Positions 51,601-63,274 of a stretch of 64,000 nt of DNA are shown here, in pieces. The translations under genes and the position numbers were made by a program. Each line of letters starts with the position of its first letter. Positions within the stretch are counted from its first letter, which is position 1. Location: contig CM119386.1 of the NCBI GenBank assembly GCA_051294905.1, positions 4,960,001 to 5,024,000 on the forward strand, read 5' to 3'. The stretch comes from Botryllus schlosseri (Eukaryota). The notes below the pieces were generated by a model. That model was not told where the DNA came from, did not search any database, and saw only the letters and a program-made list of their open reading frames with translations.

Positions 51601-54600
51601 TATCGCGCACACAAGTCAATAACACAATACTCGAGTTTTTTTACCATACCATTCTGTCCAAGTCACTAGAATAGCATGTCTATGGTTGGATAATAATTGA
51701 CCATATCAAGTATTCGGGCTAGATAGATTAGAATCACGCTCCTATGCTGCAATTCTAATCCCAATGACACAAATATTGATTGTGACGTGTACAGTTGTAG
51801 GGAATCAAACAGATTGTAGAGTGATCACAATTTTCAACTTTATGGGAACTAATTGGAAAAGATATAATGAGAAAATCAACACACATCGTTATAGGTATTT
51901 TAGAAGTTATGAAAATGCATAAGCCTACAAATATGTCTTGCACTTGTAAAATGTGATGAAATCAAAATTTGTAAGAACTTACGCCGAAATGTAGTAAGCC
52001 GCATTTAAAGGGTATCAATTTCGTCCGCAAATGTTACAGCAAAATTCGATGCGTGAAAACCTATCCCCCAATACCTTAGAGCTGACTTCGGAGGAGTGAT
52101 CGTTATGCAGAATCAACGCGGCGGCTTTTACGTCGTCTTTTCTAGCAGCAATATGCAGGGCTGGCAATTTCACTCTGCCTTTCACGTCGTCTTCCAACAG
52201 CAGGCTGACGACCTTGCTCCTTTGCTCTTGCAACGCAACGGCGAGCGGAGTGAAACCGTCCTGAAATTACCAACATATCAATGTGACATCAAGTTCATCA
52301 AATCAATTAAAAAAAACTTCGAGATCAAACATCAGAGAATTTTGGCTTCTATTCAAAACTTTAATTTCATAGGAATTTGTAATACTAATACCAAAGAAGT
52401 GTTGAATGAGATAAAGTATATTGGAATAGTAGGGCCATACAGAATTTGGGATCAGATATTAATGAAAGAACAAAGGCTTACATCATAGTCAAGGAGCCGC
52501 TAACTGATGAGCAGCCTGGTATGACAAACACAACCTTAGTCTTAACTCTACACTATAAGGATACTTAAGATAACACCACGATATAATTACCATTTGTAAA
52601 TACCACTAGTGAGAAAACAACGCAGAGAATCTTTTAATATGCAAGCTGTCACAATCATCGAGTAATAATTATTTGAATAAGAACATATGGCTAGGAATCG
52701 AATATCAGCTGATAAACACGACCGCTTGTTGAAGCACCAAATGCAACGCTTAAAACAGGATACCAGTAGGTATACGAACACTTCATATATTTGGTTAGGT
52801 TAATGTCACGGTAATGTGTTTGGGTGAATCATATGGGAAGGGAATCACCGGTAAGGTAATGACACATTTTAATGAGTAGTTCCTCTGTAATTTTATTACA
52901 TTATTACCAGACAAGTTTGTGCTGTTACGTATGTTTGGTACGGTCGTCACTTAAAACGGGATATCTTATGCTAGACCTTGATTCCAGTAAAATATTAATA
53001 GTTAACCGAATATAAAAGTAGTAGTAGTATGCAAGATCGAGAAAATGATATGTATGCAGAATGAAAAATCGAACAGCAAATTACCTTTGTTCCAATGCCT
53101 TGGTTAGCCCCGTTTTTCAACAACTTTTCTACAATGTCTTCATGGCCTTCTTGAGCTGCCATATATAGCGGAGTGAAGGCATTCTGAACACCGGATGAGT
53201 TATTGAGCCATACAAGAACACAAGCGATTTTATGAGAATGCCTAGATCAAATTATTAGATTTCAGATAGATATTTTACATCAGAGTTGACAGTGGTTGAA
53301 ATAATTCATCATTGACAACAGTAGTAGTATGGTAATCTTAAATACTAGCCTATAGTTCACAGGAGTTAATTCGGTCATTATGACAAGTATAATATCCCAC
53401 CTCCTTACAGACATTCTAGAAAATTAACAGGGAGCGGCCCAACTAACCAATTTCAGCCTCAATCAGTAATGAATAAATTTCCGTGTAGCAGACTTTATTG
53501 TTTTCAATAGACATGCAAAATATGTATAGAAAAAAATCCTAACAGTGTCAATCAGCATCAATATGTAAAGAAAACGCATATATATAGCAAAAGCAAGGCA
53601 TGCAGTGATAGCATTGTAAAACAAAAATATAGAAGACATAGCAATGTGTACCAGTTCCTACATCCTAGTAACTGACCAATACAAATAACGGGAGACAATG
53701 CTCAATGTTTCAATGCAAAATAGAATCCCTCAAAATCTAATTATCAAGATTGTGCCGGGAATAATGGCACAGTTTATCCTCAATTAAGTTGTGGGATGTT
53801 AATTCACAACGTCAGATGGTAGAATACAGACTACAGCGGTTAGGCACAAATGTATCTAAATCTGTTATTCAGGAAAATTTGCCCTCTTCAAGAGAGGGCA
53901 AAATCTCAAATGTAGCCTACTAATATGGACTGGTAATAAGACAAGGTCGTGTCGCGAGACATAATATTTTTACACCAAAATGTTTCCGTAATCAAATATT
54001 CCGCTAGCATCGCAACATTCAGCCTACAGGCATGTTATACTCGCAACATAGCATTGTCCATAGTTTACATGTAAATCATGTACGATAGTATCATGCAAGC
54101 ATATATTATTCACGGGTTTCGTCCCCGAGATCATTTTTAAATATATATTTCAAAGTGGCAGTCACCAAACCAACTCAATTCGAAATGCAAGAAAGACCAA
54201 ACGAAAGCATTTGCCACACTGTGAAAACAGAGCACCCGATAGCGTGTTGAAATAAAATCCACCATCACATTGTTACCGGGTTAGTTGGTAAAACTGCATC
54301 CTGCTTGAATTCTTAAAGTAATTAGATTATGTTCTCAGGTGAGTCTGCGTATTATGTTGCTGAAGTAGTGAAAGAATTACATTCCATTACCGGTGCGATA
54401 GCTTTACACAAGAACAAAAATACACTACTCTCATGAGATCGGTCTTGATAGTTATCAACGACCATAGCAACCCTACTTCAAGTAGATGCCAATAAATTGT
54501 AACTCAACGCCAGTTAAGTTCACCCATTCGACCATGAAAGACTTGATAGAATGACAGTATGTGGAAATCTCATGACAAGGTAGTTAATCTCAGTCTACAT

Positions 54601-56189
54601 ACAATTGACTAAAATGTACAATATGCTTTACAGTGCGTTGCATCAGCTTATCAGAAGCTTAAACAAACAGCCTACCCGTGTAGGCCTATATATTTCATGA
54701 ACTTTGCACACATATATATATAAAGCATGTTTGTTCTCTATTAAAATTGGAGCCATGAAATAAAAAATCAACAACTACCAATTTTAGTGTTCCTGTAATA
54801 AATAGCATTCGTCACTGTTACTCAGTGCGTTCTCAGATCTACAAATAAAGTATGTGTCATCGCCAGTCATAGGTGGGCCGTCAAGGTTATTATGTCTACA
54901 ATACGGAGATATTTACTTTCAATGAAGTGTGACAACAATAAACCTACTATGTATGGCTGATACTTTCACGCATATCCTGTGTAAGTTATGCAAATGAGGG
55001 CCATGATTCATGTCAGCAACGCAAGGATGTGATCATGCAGAAACATCTCATGGATTTATAATGGTTAGTTTAATAGTTCGACTTATCAGAGGATTCATAT
55101 TGAAATTATCACCCACCTGAGCGATCAAATTTGGGTCTGCATTGTTTTCAAGTAAAAATGTTACAATGTCCAATTTCCCAGCGAGTGCCGCGATGTGCAA
55201 GGCAGTGTTCCCTTTCTAAAATAGGAAATCTGTTATCAAATCTCACTACTCGCGGGTTAAAATGATAACAAAAGTATGGCGTCAACTGGAAAATATCCAG
55301 ACTTGTAATTTGAAAACAGGTAGTATTTCCTCCAAGTAGTAGGCCTACACAATACACATTCTTCTCCTTCTTGAAACCTATGATAATAATCCAACTATTA
55401 ATGAATAATGATCACAACCAACTTCACTCTAAAATAACAGGAATATTTCTATACACATTAGAAATTAGATCAAAGCAATCAAGCATAATAATGTTACTTA
55501 CAAATAGTTTCATAAAAGTATACCAGATGTAACTATTTGTCGTCAACCATTATTATGGTATAGACATCTAATGTCATTAGTTGTATTTTTATTGATTACA
55601 AAATCCAGCAAACTTACTTTCGTAGCAGAGTTTACGTCCAATTTTCGTTTTATCAACTCTTTCACAATCGACAAATTACCATCTTTCGCAGCAACATGGA
55701 GTGAGTTGAGACCACTCTAAAACGCAATGAAAAATACAAATAAAAATGATTACAAATAATTAGATTATACACAACTAGTTTAACTTGGAATCATTGTGTA
55801 AACCATGTGATAATGGATAGCAAATAAATCAGACAAGCAATTATTTTTAAACATTCTGTGATATAGGCAAATACCGGGTTGGTGATATGAACCTCAAGCA
55901 ACGACAAAATTATGTCCTACATCACAAAATTTTGGGTCAGAAAGTGAAGTATTCGAGTTCTATAAAGCATCATAAACATGCATTAAGTATAGCTAAGTTC
56001 ATACTTTGAAATAACACACACCTGTTATAGTAGAGATTTTCTTAAAACTTCAATACGTAGCATATTAATTGCAGTTCCAAAATTACTTACGGGATTCGTA
56101 GCTTTTATGTCGATATTTTCCACATCTAATAAATGAATCAATTTTTCGACATTTCCAGTTTTGGCAGCGCGGAAGAGACTACCAGTGGT
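15676..56189 (-). CDS. ANK: Ankyrin (ANK1/2/3 co-ortholog): 24 ANK repeats, ZU5-ZU5-UPA, optional giant exon, death domain, short tail. About 1,633 aa without and about 5,914 aa with the giant exon, excluding the unlocated first exon
   Basis: Exons in transcription order: 56091-56189, 55618-55716, 55117-55215, 53085-53183, 52075-52260, 51439-51462, 50253-50351, 49990-50190, 49832-49930, 49678-49776, 48580-48678, 48208-48306, 47582-47680, 47122-47190, 46223-46351, 45289-45387, 45126-45224, 44456-44653, 43233-43335, 43082-43176, 42209-42307, 42059-42151, 41915-41990, 40425-40530, 39990-40094, 39375-39620, 38051-38199, 37169-37380, 36264-36393, 36125-36196, 35630-35726, 35405-35569, 35163-35346, 34899-35024, 33769-33862, [giant 20810-33652], 19689-19880, 19117-19224, 18961-19049, 18469-18568, 18358-18412, 17382-17461, 16830-16864, 15676-15771. 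All phases join in frame. The last four or five tail exons rest mainly on splice signals and phase. Confidence 0.93.
19117..19880 (-). CDS. ANK: Ankyrin death domain (exons 19689-19880 and 19117-19224)
   Basis: [32 protein letters not shown]...[11 protein letters not shown] and [17 protein letters not shown] match the ankyrin DD pattern (IADHLG.SW.ELAR.L...LL..W...L..I.R.DIV). Confidence 0.9.
20810..33652 (-). CDS. ANK: Giant ankyrin cassette exon, 12,843 nt / 4,281 aa, acidic and S/D/E-rich, predicted disordered
   Basis: Stop-free 12.9-kb frame. Acceptor gatcacag| at 33653 (phase 1) and donor |gttagt at 20809 (phase 1); length divisible by 3. Flanked by a phase-1 donor (33768) and by the phase-1 acceptor of the death-domain exon (19881). 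Confidence 0.88.
26250..27750 (-). repeat. Coding tandem repeat of ~108 nt (36 aa), about 14 degenerate copies, inside the giant exon
   Basis: Units such as [72 protein letters not shown] and [36 protein letters not shown]. Confidence 0.88.
30850..32080 (-). repeat. Coding tandem repeat of ~297 nt (99 aa), about 4.3 copies, inside the giant exon
   Basis: The anchor GGCTTTTCGAAA recurs at 31813, 31516, 31219 and 30889 (spacings 297, 297, 330). Protein units read EKP..EEVVSQQ..ENLDD..DSDEEY..KFDE..NQ.SCQS..F. Confidence 0.9.
34016..34430. mobile_element. MITE rich in GACTCGAGTC repeats (same family as 58334-58899, opposite orientation)
   Basis: Right terminus TTACAACCCTG; left terminus degraded (CAGAAGGTAGTAAC). 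Internal sequence is the reverse complement of parts of the 58.3-58.9 kb copy. Confidence 0.7.
34899..39620 (-). CDS. ANK: Ankyrin spectrin-binding ZU5-ZU5-UPA region
   Basis: [84 protein letters not shown] and [10 protein letters not shown] are canonical ankyrin motifs. Confidence 0.96.
36965..37110 (-). mobile_element. Degenerate PLE 3'-end / hammerhead repeat copy
   Basis: GAAATGAACCCAAATC...TCAGGGGTAATCGTC...GAAAAGAACATTGTA aligns with the family consensus; the catalytic core is mutated. Confidence 0.65.
39660..39745 (-). mobile_element. Truncated, degenerate PLE 3'-end repeat copy
   Basis: ATATTCATATTGAAATAACCCCGAATATTTTCAGCTGA matches the family. Confidence 0.55.
42059..56189 (-). CDS. 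ANK: Ankyrin membrane-binding domain: 24 ANK repeats
   Basis: Mostly 99-nt phase-0 exons, each encoding one G-x-TPLH-x-AA repeat (e.g. [50 protein letters not shown]); 24 repeats counted. Confidence 0.96.
43630..43790 (-). mobile_element. PLE 3'-end / hammerhead repeat copy in an ankyrin intron (sense to the pre-mRNA)
   Basis: Near-identical to 62995-63147. The hammerhead core at 43692-43733 is intact, but stem I has mismatches (TCCA/GGGT). Confidence 0.75.
44310..44410 (-). mobile_element. Internally deleted PLE 3'-end repeat copy
   Basis: ATTTTCGGCTGACACTCGTCAGGGGTAATCATCAGCAACTAG present; the segment carrying the UC^GGGU cleavage site is missing. Confidence 0.7.
51439..51462 (-). CDS. 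ANK: 24-nt ankyrin microexon encoding RIVNRITE
   Basis: gggatatag|AGAATCGTGAACAGGATAACGGAG|gtgagt, phase 0-0, between repeats 6 and 7, where vertebrate ANK2/ANK3 carry MMVNRTTE (recalled). Confidence 0.85.
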
Positions 56190-57119
56190 CTAAAATCAAT
56201 AAAGAAATGTAAAACATGATTCCAATATTCATATAAAGGCATGGAGCAGGTGCCGCAAAGCACCAGGTAGGCAAGCCTTCGACACGCCCACCACATCTGG
56301 AGAATTGCAATCTCTCCAGATATGCAAGATTTTGGCAACACAACACAATACTTGACATTGACCACAGGTTAATTTTTTGATCGGGCACTGCTCACAGCGT
56401 ACTGTAGATCGATTTTGCTTTATAAGTTACATAAACAGTATACGAACTATAGAGGAAAAATATCCAGCCAGTGGTTTGTTATGATTGATACCAATTTGCA
56501 CAGCATAATCATTCAAAGACCCTAACCTAGCCTATATAGTTGGATTTGAAATAGACGCTTGAAGAATTCGTACAAATGTAATTTAACCTAAACTACAAAG
56601 TTCGATCAGGTACCGTAATGTTAATAGCCCTGCCTATAGCTATGATACAGCTGTTGCAGCGAAGGGAAATCATTTAACAGAATCAGGCCTTGTGAATAAC
56701 AGGTAACAATATAATAAATGAGATTCGACACAGATACAGAATCTTAAGTAGAAGAAAAAAACATTGCAACAGTGGACTTACACTACTGGAGGTGGATTCT
56801 GACTTGACCATACTCATGGCAGGGAGTTTCTGACTTCACTGCTTCATAGGATCTATATTATTACAATAAATAAATTACGATACACCCTGCAAAAGCATAC
56901 ACTTTCAAACAATCTCAAATTTCCTTCTACAAATTTTGAGTACGGTGATACAAAAAGTTCGTACTGAGTAACAATATCAAAAGATATGAAGATACTACAG
57001 ATAGCTTATAACCATGGATAGCAAGAAGCGTAATCCTAGCTAATTGCATTAAATGGAAAATGAAGGAAGACATATCAAATATGCTTTTACTTTGCAAACG
57101 TTCAACATAAATATATGAA

Positions 57120-57830
57120 GAGACTCTTTGGGGTACAGAACTTTAATATACATTTTAATAATATATTCATATTAAAACCCGAAGCTTTTCGAGCTGACAC
57201 TTCTCAAGGGCAATCGTCAGCAAATGGAGAATTTCAAAAACATGCATCTAGCTACATTGCATACAACCAATTATGACGTCATAGAAACAAACAACATGAA
57301 ATACAGGCGAACCGCGAGCGCAGCTAGTGGACAATTTTTAGATTCACTACAAATTCCTTCTGCTGACACATGCGCGGTCGGTGGATTTTAATATAAGTCG
57401 ATTCCAGTGCAGACAGATGGAAATTAGTGAGGCCTCTACCTAATATCGAAAATCTTTCATCGCGATAGTTTTTAGCGCAAGTTGCATTCTCAGCCAAATG
57501 CTTGCCGATGGCAGAGTTCATAGCCATGGCCTGATTACGTTCTAGTATTCGCCTATTCGGAGATCAGTTACGGCTGCGTCTTCGCGAGAGTCCAGTATGC
57601 GTGATCTAATAACGCTAGGGACATGTTGTTTGATGCGTTCCTGCAAGCGCTGAGTTGTTCTTCCCACGTACCGACAATCACAGTGGCACTTGAAATCATA
57701 GACTATATTGCTTTGTTGAAAAGCAGGAAGAACATCTTTGCGCGTTGCATAAATAAACATAAATAAACATTGCATAAATAAACATTGCATAAATAAACAT
57801 CTTTGCGCGTTTCATAAATATATGAAAACT
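57120..57830 (-). mobile_element. 5'-truncated, frameshifted Penelope-like retroelement (GIY-YIG endonuclease remnant plus 3' end with a degenerate hammerhead)
   Basis: KDVLPAFQQSNIVYDFKCHCDCRYVGRTTQRLQERIKQH (57542-57790) and SAIGKHL..FSILGRG..LSALESTYIKIHRPRMCQQKEF (57324-57527) form a PLE-type GIY-YIG domain split by a frameshift and stop. The family repeat follows about 100 nt downstream. Confidence 0.88.
57740..57812. repeat. Short tandem duplications (GCATAAATAAACATT x ~3; AAACATCTTTGCGCGTT x2) at the PLE 5' truncation
   Basis: Read directly from the sequence. Confidence 0.7.
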
Positions 57831-58333
57831 CAATTCACAATATGAAAGTGTAATAAGATGGAATCATGGTCCCCTTTCTGCAATTATTTGCATGCAATTC
57901 GAATTTTACCAGATCTAATATTGTAGCGTAATAGGACTAGCATGACAGTTTCTAATTCATCGCGTTAAATCTGACTGACTGCGCAGTGTCATTTCATTGG
58001 GACTACAAGTCTTCCCGGCTGATCAATAGAAACAACATAGTGTTCATGGTGACAGCTGAGTTGACAGAAGAACACTCTAAAATAAATGAAAGTAATGGCC
58101 CAGGCAAAGTTTTTGTTGCAGTCAAATCCGTGGAAAGTTGCACTCATTTTTCACAAAAGTTCCAGTAAAAAGTTGCATTTAATTTTCACAAAAGTTGCAT
58201 TTATGAGCAAGTTCCTTGAAATTATTAGGGTATGAGACACTCGAATCGTTCTGTATTCAAGGCACTGCAACAAAACTCAATGTTGGCGACTGCAACAAAA
58301 TCAATAGCCTGAAAAAACTGACACAGCGAAAAC

Positions 58334-58899
58334 CAGGGTTGTAATGACTCGACTCGAGTCACAATTTTCTGATGACTTGACTTGAGACATTTTCTCAAAA
58401 TACGGAAACGACTCGACTCGAGTCTATTTTTGTATTGACTCGACTTGGACTCGAGTCATTGCGCATGACTCGAACCAAGTCATACGACTCGAGACTCTGA
58501 CGGCCAATACCGACATTTCATTGTAATTTCGAATAGTAAAGTAACCACAATATTGGGATTTCGTTTATTGGTACTGGTACTTGTAAATGCGACCAGAAAC
58601 TGCTAAAAGTGAGGAAAATTAGTGTATGGTATTGTAACTGCGAACCAATCGATATCACTAAACAGATTTATAAAGAGTATGTTTAACAAAAATTTAACTG
58701 GAAACTGAGCAGTCAACACAATGACACGGACTCGGACTCGAGTAATAAAACCGTTACTCGGACTCGACCCTCTGCTCGCTGCCTTGGACTCAGACTTGAC
58801 TCGGTGGTGAATTGAAAATGACTCGACTTGACTCGAGTCAAAACTATAAAAGTGAGATTGACTTGTGACTCGTAACCTTGTGACTTGGTTACAACCCTG
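58334..58899. mobile_element. hAT-like MITE, 566 bp, with many GACTCGAGTC/GACTCG repeats
   Basis: TIRs CAGGGTTGTAA / TTACAACCCTG; flanks GCGAAAAC / TTGAAAAT (degraded TSD). Confidence 0.8.
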
Positions 58900-59360
58900 T
58901 TGAAAATATATTTTAGGCGGTCCAACCTGAATGTGTGTCAAATCAGAAAGCCGCCGGAAGTTGTGAAAAAAAAAGTTGCAAAAACTTGCCCTAGGATTTG
59001 CGGTGGCCAGACAAGCTTTTAGTGCTCGTGTTTCATATAAGGCTATTCAACCGTATGGGATAGTTCACGAAATTGGCGGAATTGCCACAGACATGGAAAT
59101 CATACTGCCAGGGCGAGTTGTAGCATGTGCCTCGCTATGTGCCTGGTTCCTGTGTTAGCTGCCTCCATCGTTATATGTAACATGGATGAGTGCACGAGCC
59201 CGTTTTTGACAGTTCGAGGGTCATGATTTCTGCAACAGGGGTAAATGGAGGTGTGTCAGGACCTCAACCCTTTGGACACACACCCTCAGATCAGAAAGCA
59301 CACCCTCGTGTCCTCATTAGTCGCCAAACAATGTCTGGAAACAACTGCATGTCCCTAGAT

Positions 59361-60786
59361 CAGTGGTTCCCAACCTTTTTGTCTTCATTCCCCACTTCAG
59401 ATTTATTCCGAGCCTTCATTCCCCACCAGGACCGGGCGTAACAGCTCTTTGTCAGCTCCGCCAAAAAACGTTGGTCTTGGGCCCCCAGAACCCCCTCGGC
59501 CCCGCTGAGCCTGTACGAATTTCCCTGCAACTTATCAGCTATACATTGAGTCTACTGTCTAATGCGTCGCCTTACTTCGACTAAACGCGCGAACCGCGAA
59601 AAATTTCTATAATTCGTGTTTGCATCGATCAATATGATTGCATACATTTTGCTATCAATTTTTTATCCCCTCGCTGCTCACATAATCAGATTTACCGGTA
59701 AAGCTGAGTGAGGTGTGCTGGAAAAAACATCTTCGGGTACACCCGTTGGTATATTGACTTCGTTACATTATGCTATTTCGTTACCTCCTATAATCTGCTG
59801 TGTCAAAAGATATGGAAATCGCCAAAACTAAAACGCACACACGATTTCAAATTGGTATCGCTTTACTGGCAAATTATTTTTCCCTGCGGGATGGCATTTG
59901 TCCTGTGGGGTTCAGATCGCAAGAACAGGAACATTCGGCGCCAGCCATTTAGCCAATTAAACATGTATGTTGTATATTGTATATATATCGAAGTTTTGGG
60001 TCACCACAAGGGCATTCCTTCTCGATCAAGGTCTTCTCGTTGCTGATCGTTCTGGCACACTTCTCGGAGTTGCATGTTACATGGCCTATAACCTCATATG
60101 CCTTGGTGCGTCGTGGCGCAGTAATGACCGACGCCGAAATCTCCGTTTCTATAAATTCTACGTATTTTCGTGTGGGAAGGGTACCCAATAATCAGATATT
60201 CGGCATTATTAAATCGCGTACCCAGCGCAGAGCGATTTTTTTTTGCAAAAGTGGCACAAATTTCAAAAAAAATACTTTAATTTATATTAATTCACGAAAT
60301 AATTTTGGGCACCTTCGAGCTCGCCCCCCCCCCCCAATTGATGGTTTGGGGTGCGGCAGTTACGGTCCTGTTCTCCACTATAGCCAGCACTTTTGTCATC
60401 ACAGAGCAGCTATTTGCTTGTTTGAGTAGGCCTACTCAAGACACACAACCACACCGGTACGCAAGACAACCGCCTATAACTGCAACATAAAACGTATTCT
60501 GAACCGATACCAGTAACGCTCAAAATTTCGCGAAAGTGTTATTTCACGTCAAACTAGTCGTGCTGGATGCGTTTGTGAGTTAAAAAATGAGGTTTTGTGA
60601 ACAACACGCAATATAAATTTCGATACATACATTCCAGAGCAGTCACCTGGGAACGGTAATTGCGCATGTGTCTCCGTGAATATGTTAACTGTCCTGTATA
60701 TAATTTTGAACAAATGCGTCTATTCCCCACCAGAAACCGTTGAATTCCCCGCCAGTGGGGAATTCCCTACCGTTTGGGAACCACTG
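59361..60786. mobile_element. Non-autonomous hAT (Charlie-like) element, 1,426 bp
   Basis: TIRs CAGTGGTTCCCAA / TTGGGAACCACTG; perfect 8-bp TSD CCCTAGAT with a central CTAG; no recognisable transposase. Confidence 0.88.
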
Positions 60787-60799
60787 CCCTAGATAGAAC

Positions 60800-61982
60800 G
60801 GCACTTCTTCGATGGCAGTCAGAGATCGAAAAGTGTTCACCATGATCACCAATGAATGTTTTCCATGAACACAAATAAAGTTTTATAAACGTCAAAATAT
60901 ATTGCTTTGCGTTTGGAGAGGGTTAGGGGGGATATCAGGGTTGCGGGAGGGGGTTATTAGGGTTGTGGGAGGGGGGTGTTGGGGTTAGGGGTATATTAGG
61001 GCTGCGAGAGGGAGATGTTGGGGATATTAGGGTTGCGGGAGGGGGATATTAGGGTTGTGGGAGGGGGGATGTTAGGGTTGCTGGAGGGAGGATATTAGGG
61101 TTGGGGAGGGGGATATTAGGGTTGGGGTTAAGGGGATATTAGGGTTGCGGGAGGGGGATATTAGGGTTGGGGTTAGGGGGATATTAGGGTTGCGGGAGGG
61201 GGGATATTAGAGTTAGGGGGATATTAGGGCTGTGGGAGAGGGGATATTAGGGTTGGGGAGAGAGGGAGATTGGAGGTGGGTTAGGGTTGGGGGATATTGG
61301 GGTTAGGGAAGGGGGGATTATAGGGTTGGGGGAAAGGGGGGTTGGAGGTGAGTTAGGTTCAAAGTTGGGGTTGGATTACCCCTAACCGGGGCTTAACCCA
61401 CCTCCAATCTCCCTTTCCCCCAATCCTAATATCCCCTCTCCCACAGCCGTAATATCCCCCTAACCCTAATAACCCACCTCTCGCAACCTAATATCCCCCT
61501 TTCCCCCAACCCTAATATTTCCCTTTCCCCAACCTTAATATCCCCCCTCCCCAATCCTAATATCCTCCCTCCAGCAACCCTAACATCCCCCCTCCCACAA
61601 CCCTAATATCCCCCTCCCGCAACCCTAATATCCCCAACATCTCCCCCTCGCAGCCCTAATATACCCCTAACCCAAACACAACCCTACTAACCCCCCTCCC
61701 GCAACCCTAATATCCCCCCTCCCACAACCCTAATATCCCCCTCCAGCAACCCTAATATCCCCAACATCTCCCTCTCGCAGCCCTAATATACCCCTAACCC
61801 CAACACCCCCCTCCCACAACCCTAATAACCCCCTCCCGCAACCCTGATATCCCCCCTAACCCTCTCCAAACGCAAAGCAATATATTTTGACGTTTATAAA
61901 ACTTTATTTGTGTTCATGGAAAACATTCATTGGTGATCATGGTGAACACTTTTCGATCTCTGACTGCCATCGAAGAAGTGCC
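60800..61982. mobile_element. Foldback DNA transposon (1,183 bp, almost entirely palindromic) with TTAGGG-containing G-rich tandem repeats; possibly Merlin superfamily
   Basis: About 120-bp near-perfect outer TIRs beginning GGCACTTCTTCG; inner arms of ~21-22-nt units (GATATTAGGGTTGCGGGAGGGG) and their reverse complement; perfect 8-bp TSD GATAGAAC (60792-60799, 61983-61990). Confidence 0.88.
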
Positions 61983-63055
61983 GATAGAACTTGGGAACTA
62001 GCAGTAGCCCTGATTGGAATCGCTGGCCTTTTTGCCTGATATATCAGGGGAGCAGCGACGATTTTCCAAGTTAAATTAATTTAATAAAAAATAATTAAAA
62101 AATGAAATATAGTGTGAGCACAGAACAGCGATTCCAAACAGGGCAGTAGCCTACATGGTAAATAGCGCAAATCTCTAGAACCTGACCAAGTAGCCTATAC
62201 TAGTACTATGAGCTTGGCATTGGTATGTAACTGGTATCAAAATAAATAAACAGTAGAAAACAGAAAAATAGTCCATCCAATTCTCGCAGCAGACCTATAG
62301 CAGTACATATATAGAATCATTCATTTACACCCTGATACAACTGTAGAAGCCTGAACACTGACGAGTGACAGAAACAGGTTGTCAATATTATAACAAGTTA
62401 AAATCCTGATTATTTCATTCATTTCCATATTCTATTCGTTTTTCTGGAAATATTAAATATGACGAGTTATCGTATAGGTAGAAAACTATGAAGTCTATAA
62501 TATTAACACTTTTTAATTTCCTTACGTAAGAACTTGTGCAGCAATTTACATGGGTGGCGAATCTAATCTGCCAACAAAACTGCTGCGGTTCGAGATCTTT
62601 CTTGAATCTACCCTCCTCATAAATACGCCCACGATACCCCGACAATCGATCCTGACATATTGTAAACCTGATCTGAAACGCGTCGCATTGACTTACTAAT
62701 CGAGCTCGAGTAGCCGTTGTTTTGGGTTGCGAGACATTCTGTTGTAATGCGTGACAATAAAACAGAGCTACCAACGCATAAAGTTTACACATTCAAAACG
62801 GGCGCGCTGCTACCCACTGGGCTTTTCATTCGAGTCAAGCGATGTGGCGCTCCATTGTTCGTTCGGCTCGTATTAGTGATTCATTCATACGTATCTCGAT
62901 TATATACAAAAACATACGTTCCCGCAAAAATGACGTAATTAGATTCTGACGACCGTCCCAAACGCCGGAATTGTCATTCGATTTGATATCTGAAGAGCTT
63001 CTTGGAGGTACAGAACTTCAATATACAATTAAATAGTATATTCATATTGAAATGA

Positions 63056-63099
63056 ACCCGAATATTTTCGGCTGACACTCGTCAGGGGTAATCGTCAGC
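63056..63099 (-). ncRNA. Minimal type I hammerhead ribozyme (intact)
   Basis: The reverse complement reads GCTGACGATT-ACCC-CTGACGA-G-TGTCAGC-C-GAAA-ATAT-TC^GGGT. Confidence 0.75.
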
Positions 63100-63230
63100 A
63101 ACTAGTAGAGAATTGGAAAGAACATTGTATATCAACAACTGTATCACAATCGGGTTCATTTCAATATGAATACGATTTCAATATGATACGATTGTTGATA
63201 TACAATGTTCTTTCCAATTCTCTACTAGTT

Positions 63231-63274
63231 GCTGACGATTACCCCTGACGAGTGTCAGCCGAAAATATTCGGGT
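63231..63274 (+). ncRNA. Minimal type I hammerhead ribozyme (intact)
   Basis: GCTGACGATT-ACCC-CTGACGA-G-TGTCAGC-C-GAAA-ATAT-TC^GGGT; predicted cleavage after 63270. Confidence 0.75.

Noticed and set aside
57740-57812. CRISPR-like array
   Set aside because: Simple tandem duplications with no spacers, in a eukaryotic context.
59949-60429. ORFs inside the hAT element as a transposase
   Set aside because: Short, with no BED finger, DDE or hAT dimerisation motifs.
60915-61862. True telomere or telomere-fusion site
   Set aside because: Units are 21-22-nt composites rather than pure (TTAGGG)n, and they are enclosed by unique TIRs and an 8-bp TSD.
62350-62385. CTGACGAGTGACAGAAACAGG as another hammerhead
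   Set aside because: It has CUGANGA and GAAA, but no stem I and no correctly placed NUH; probably chance or a decayed fragment.
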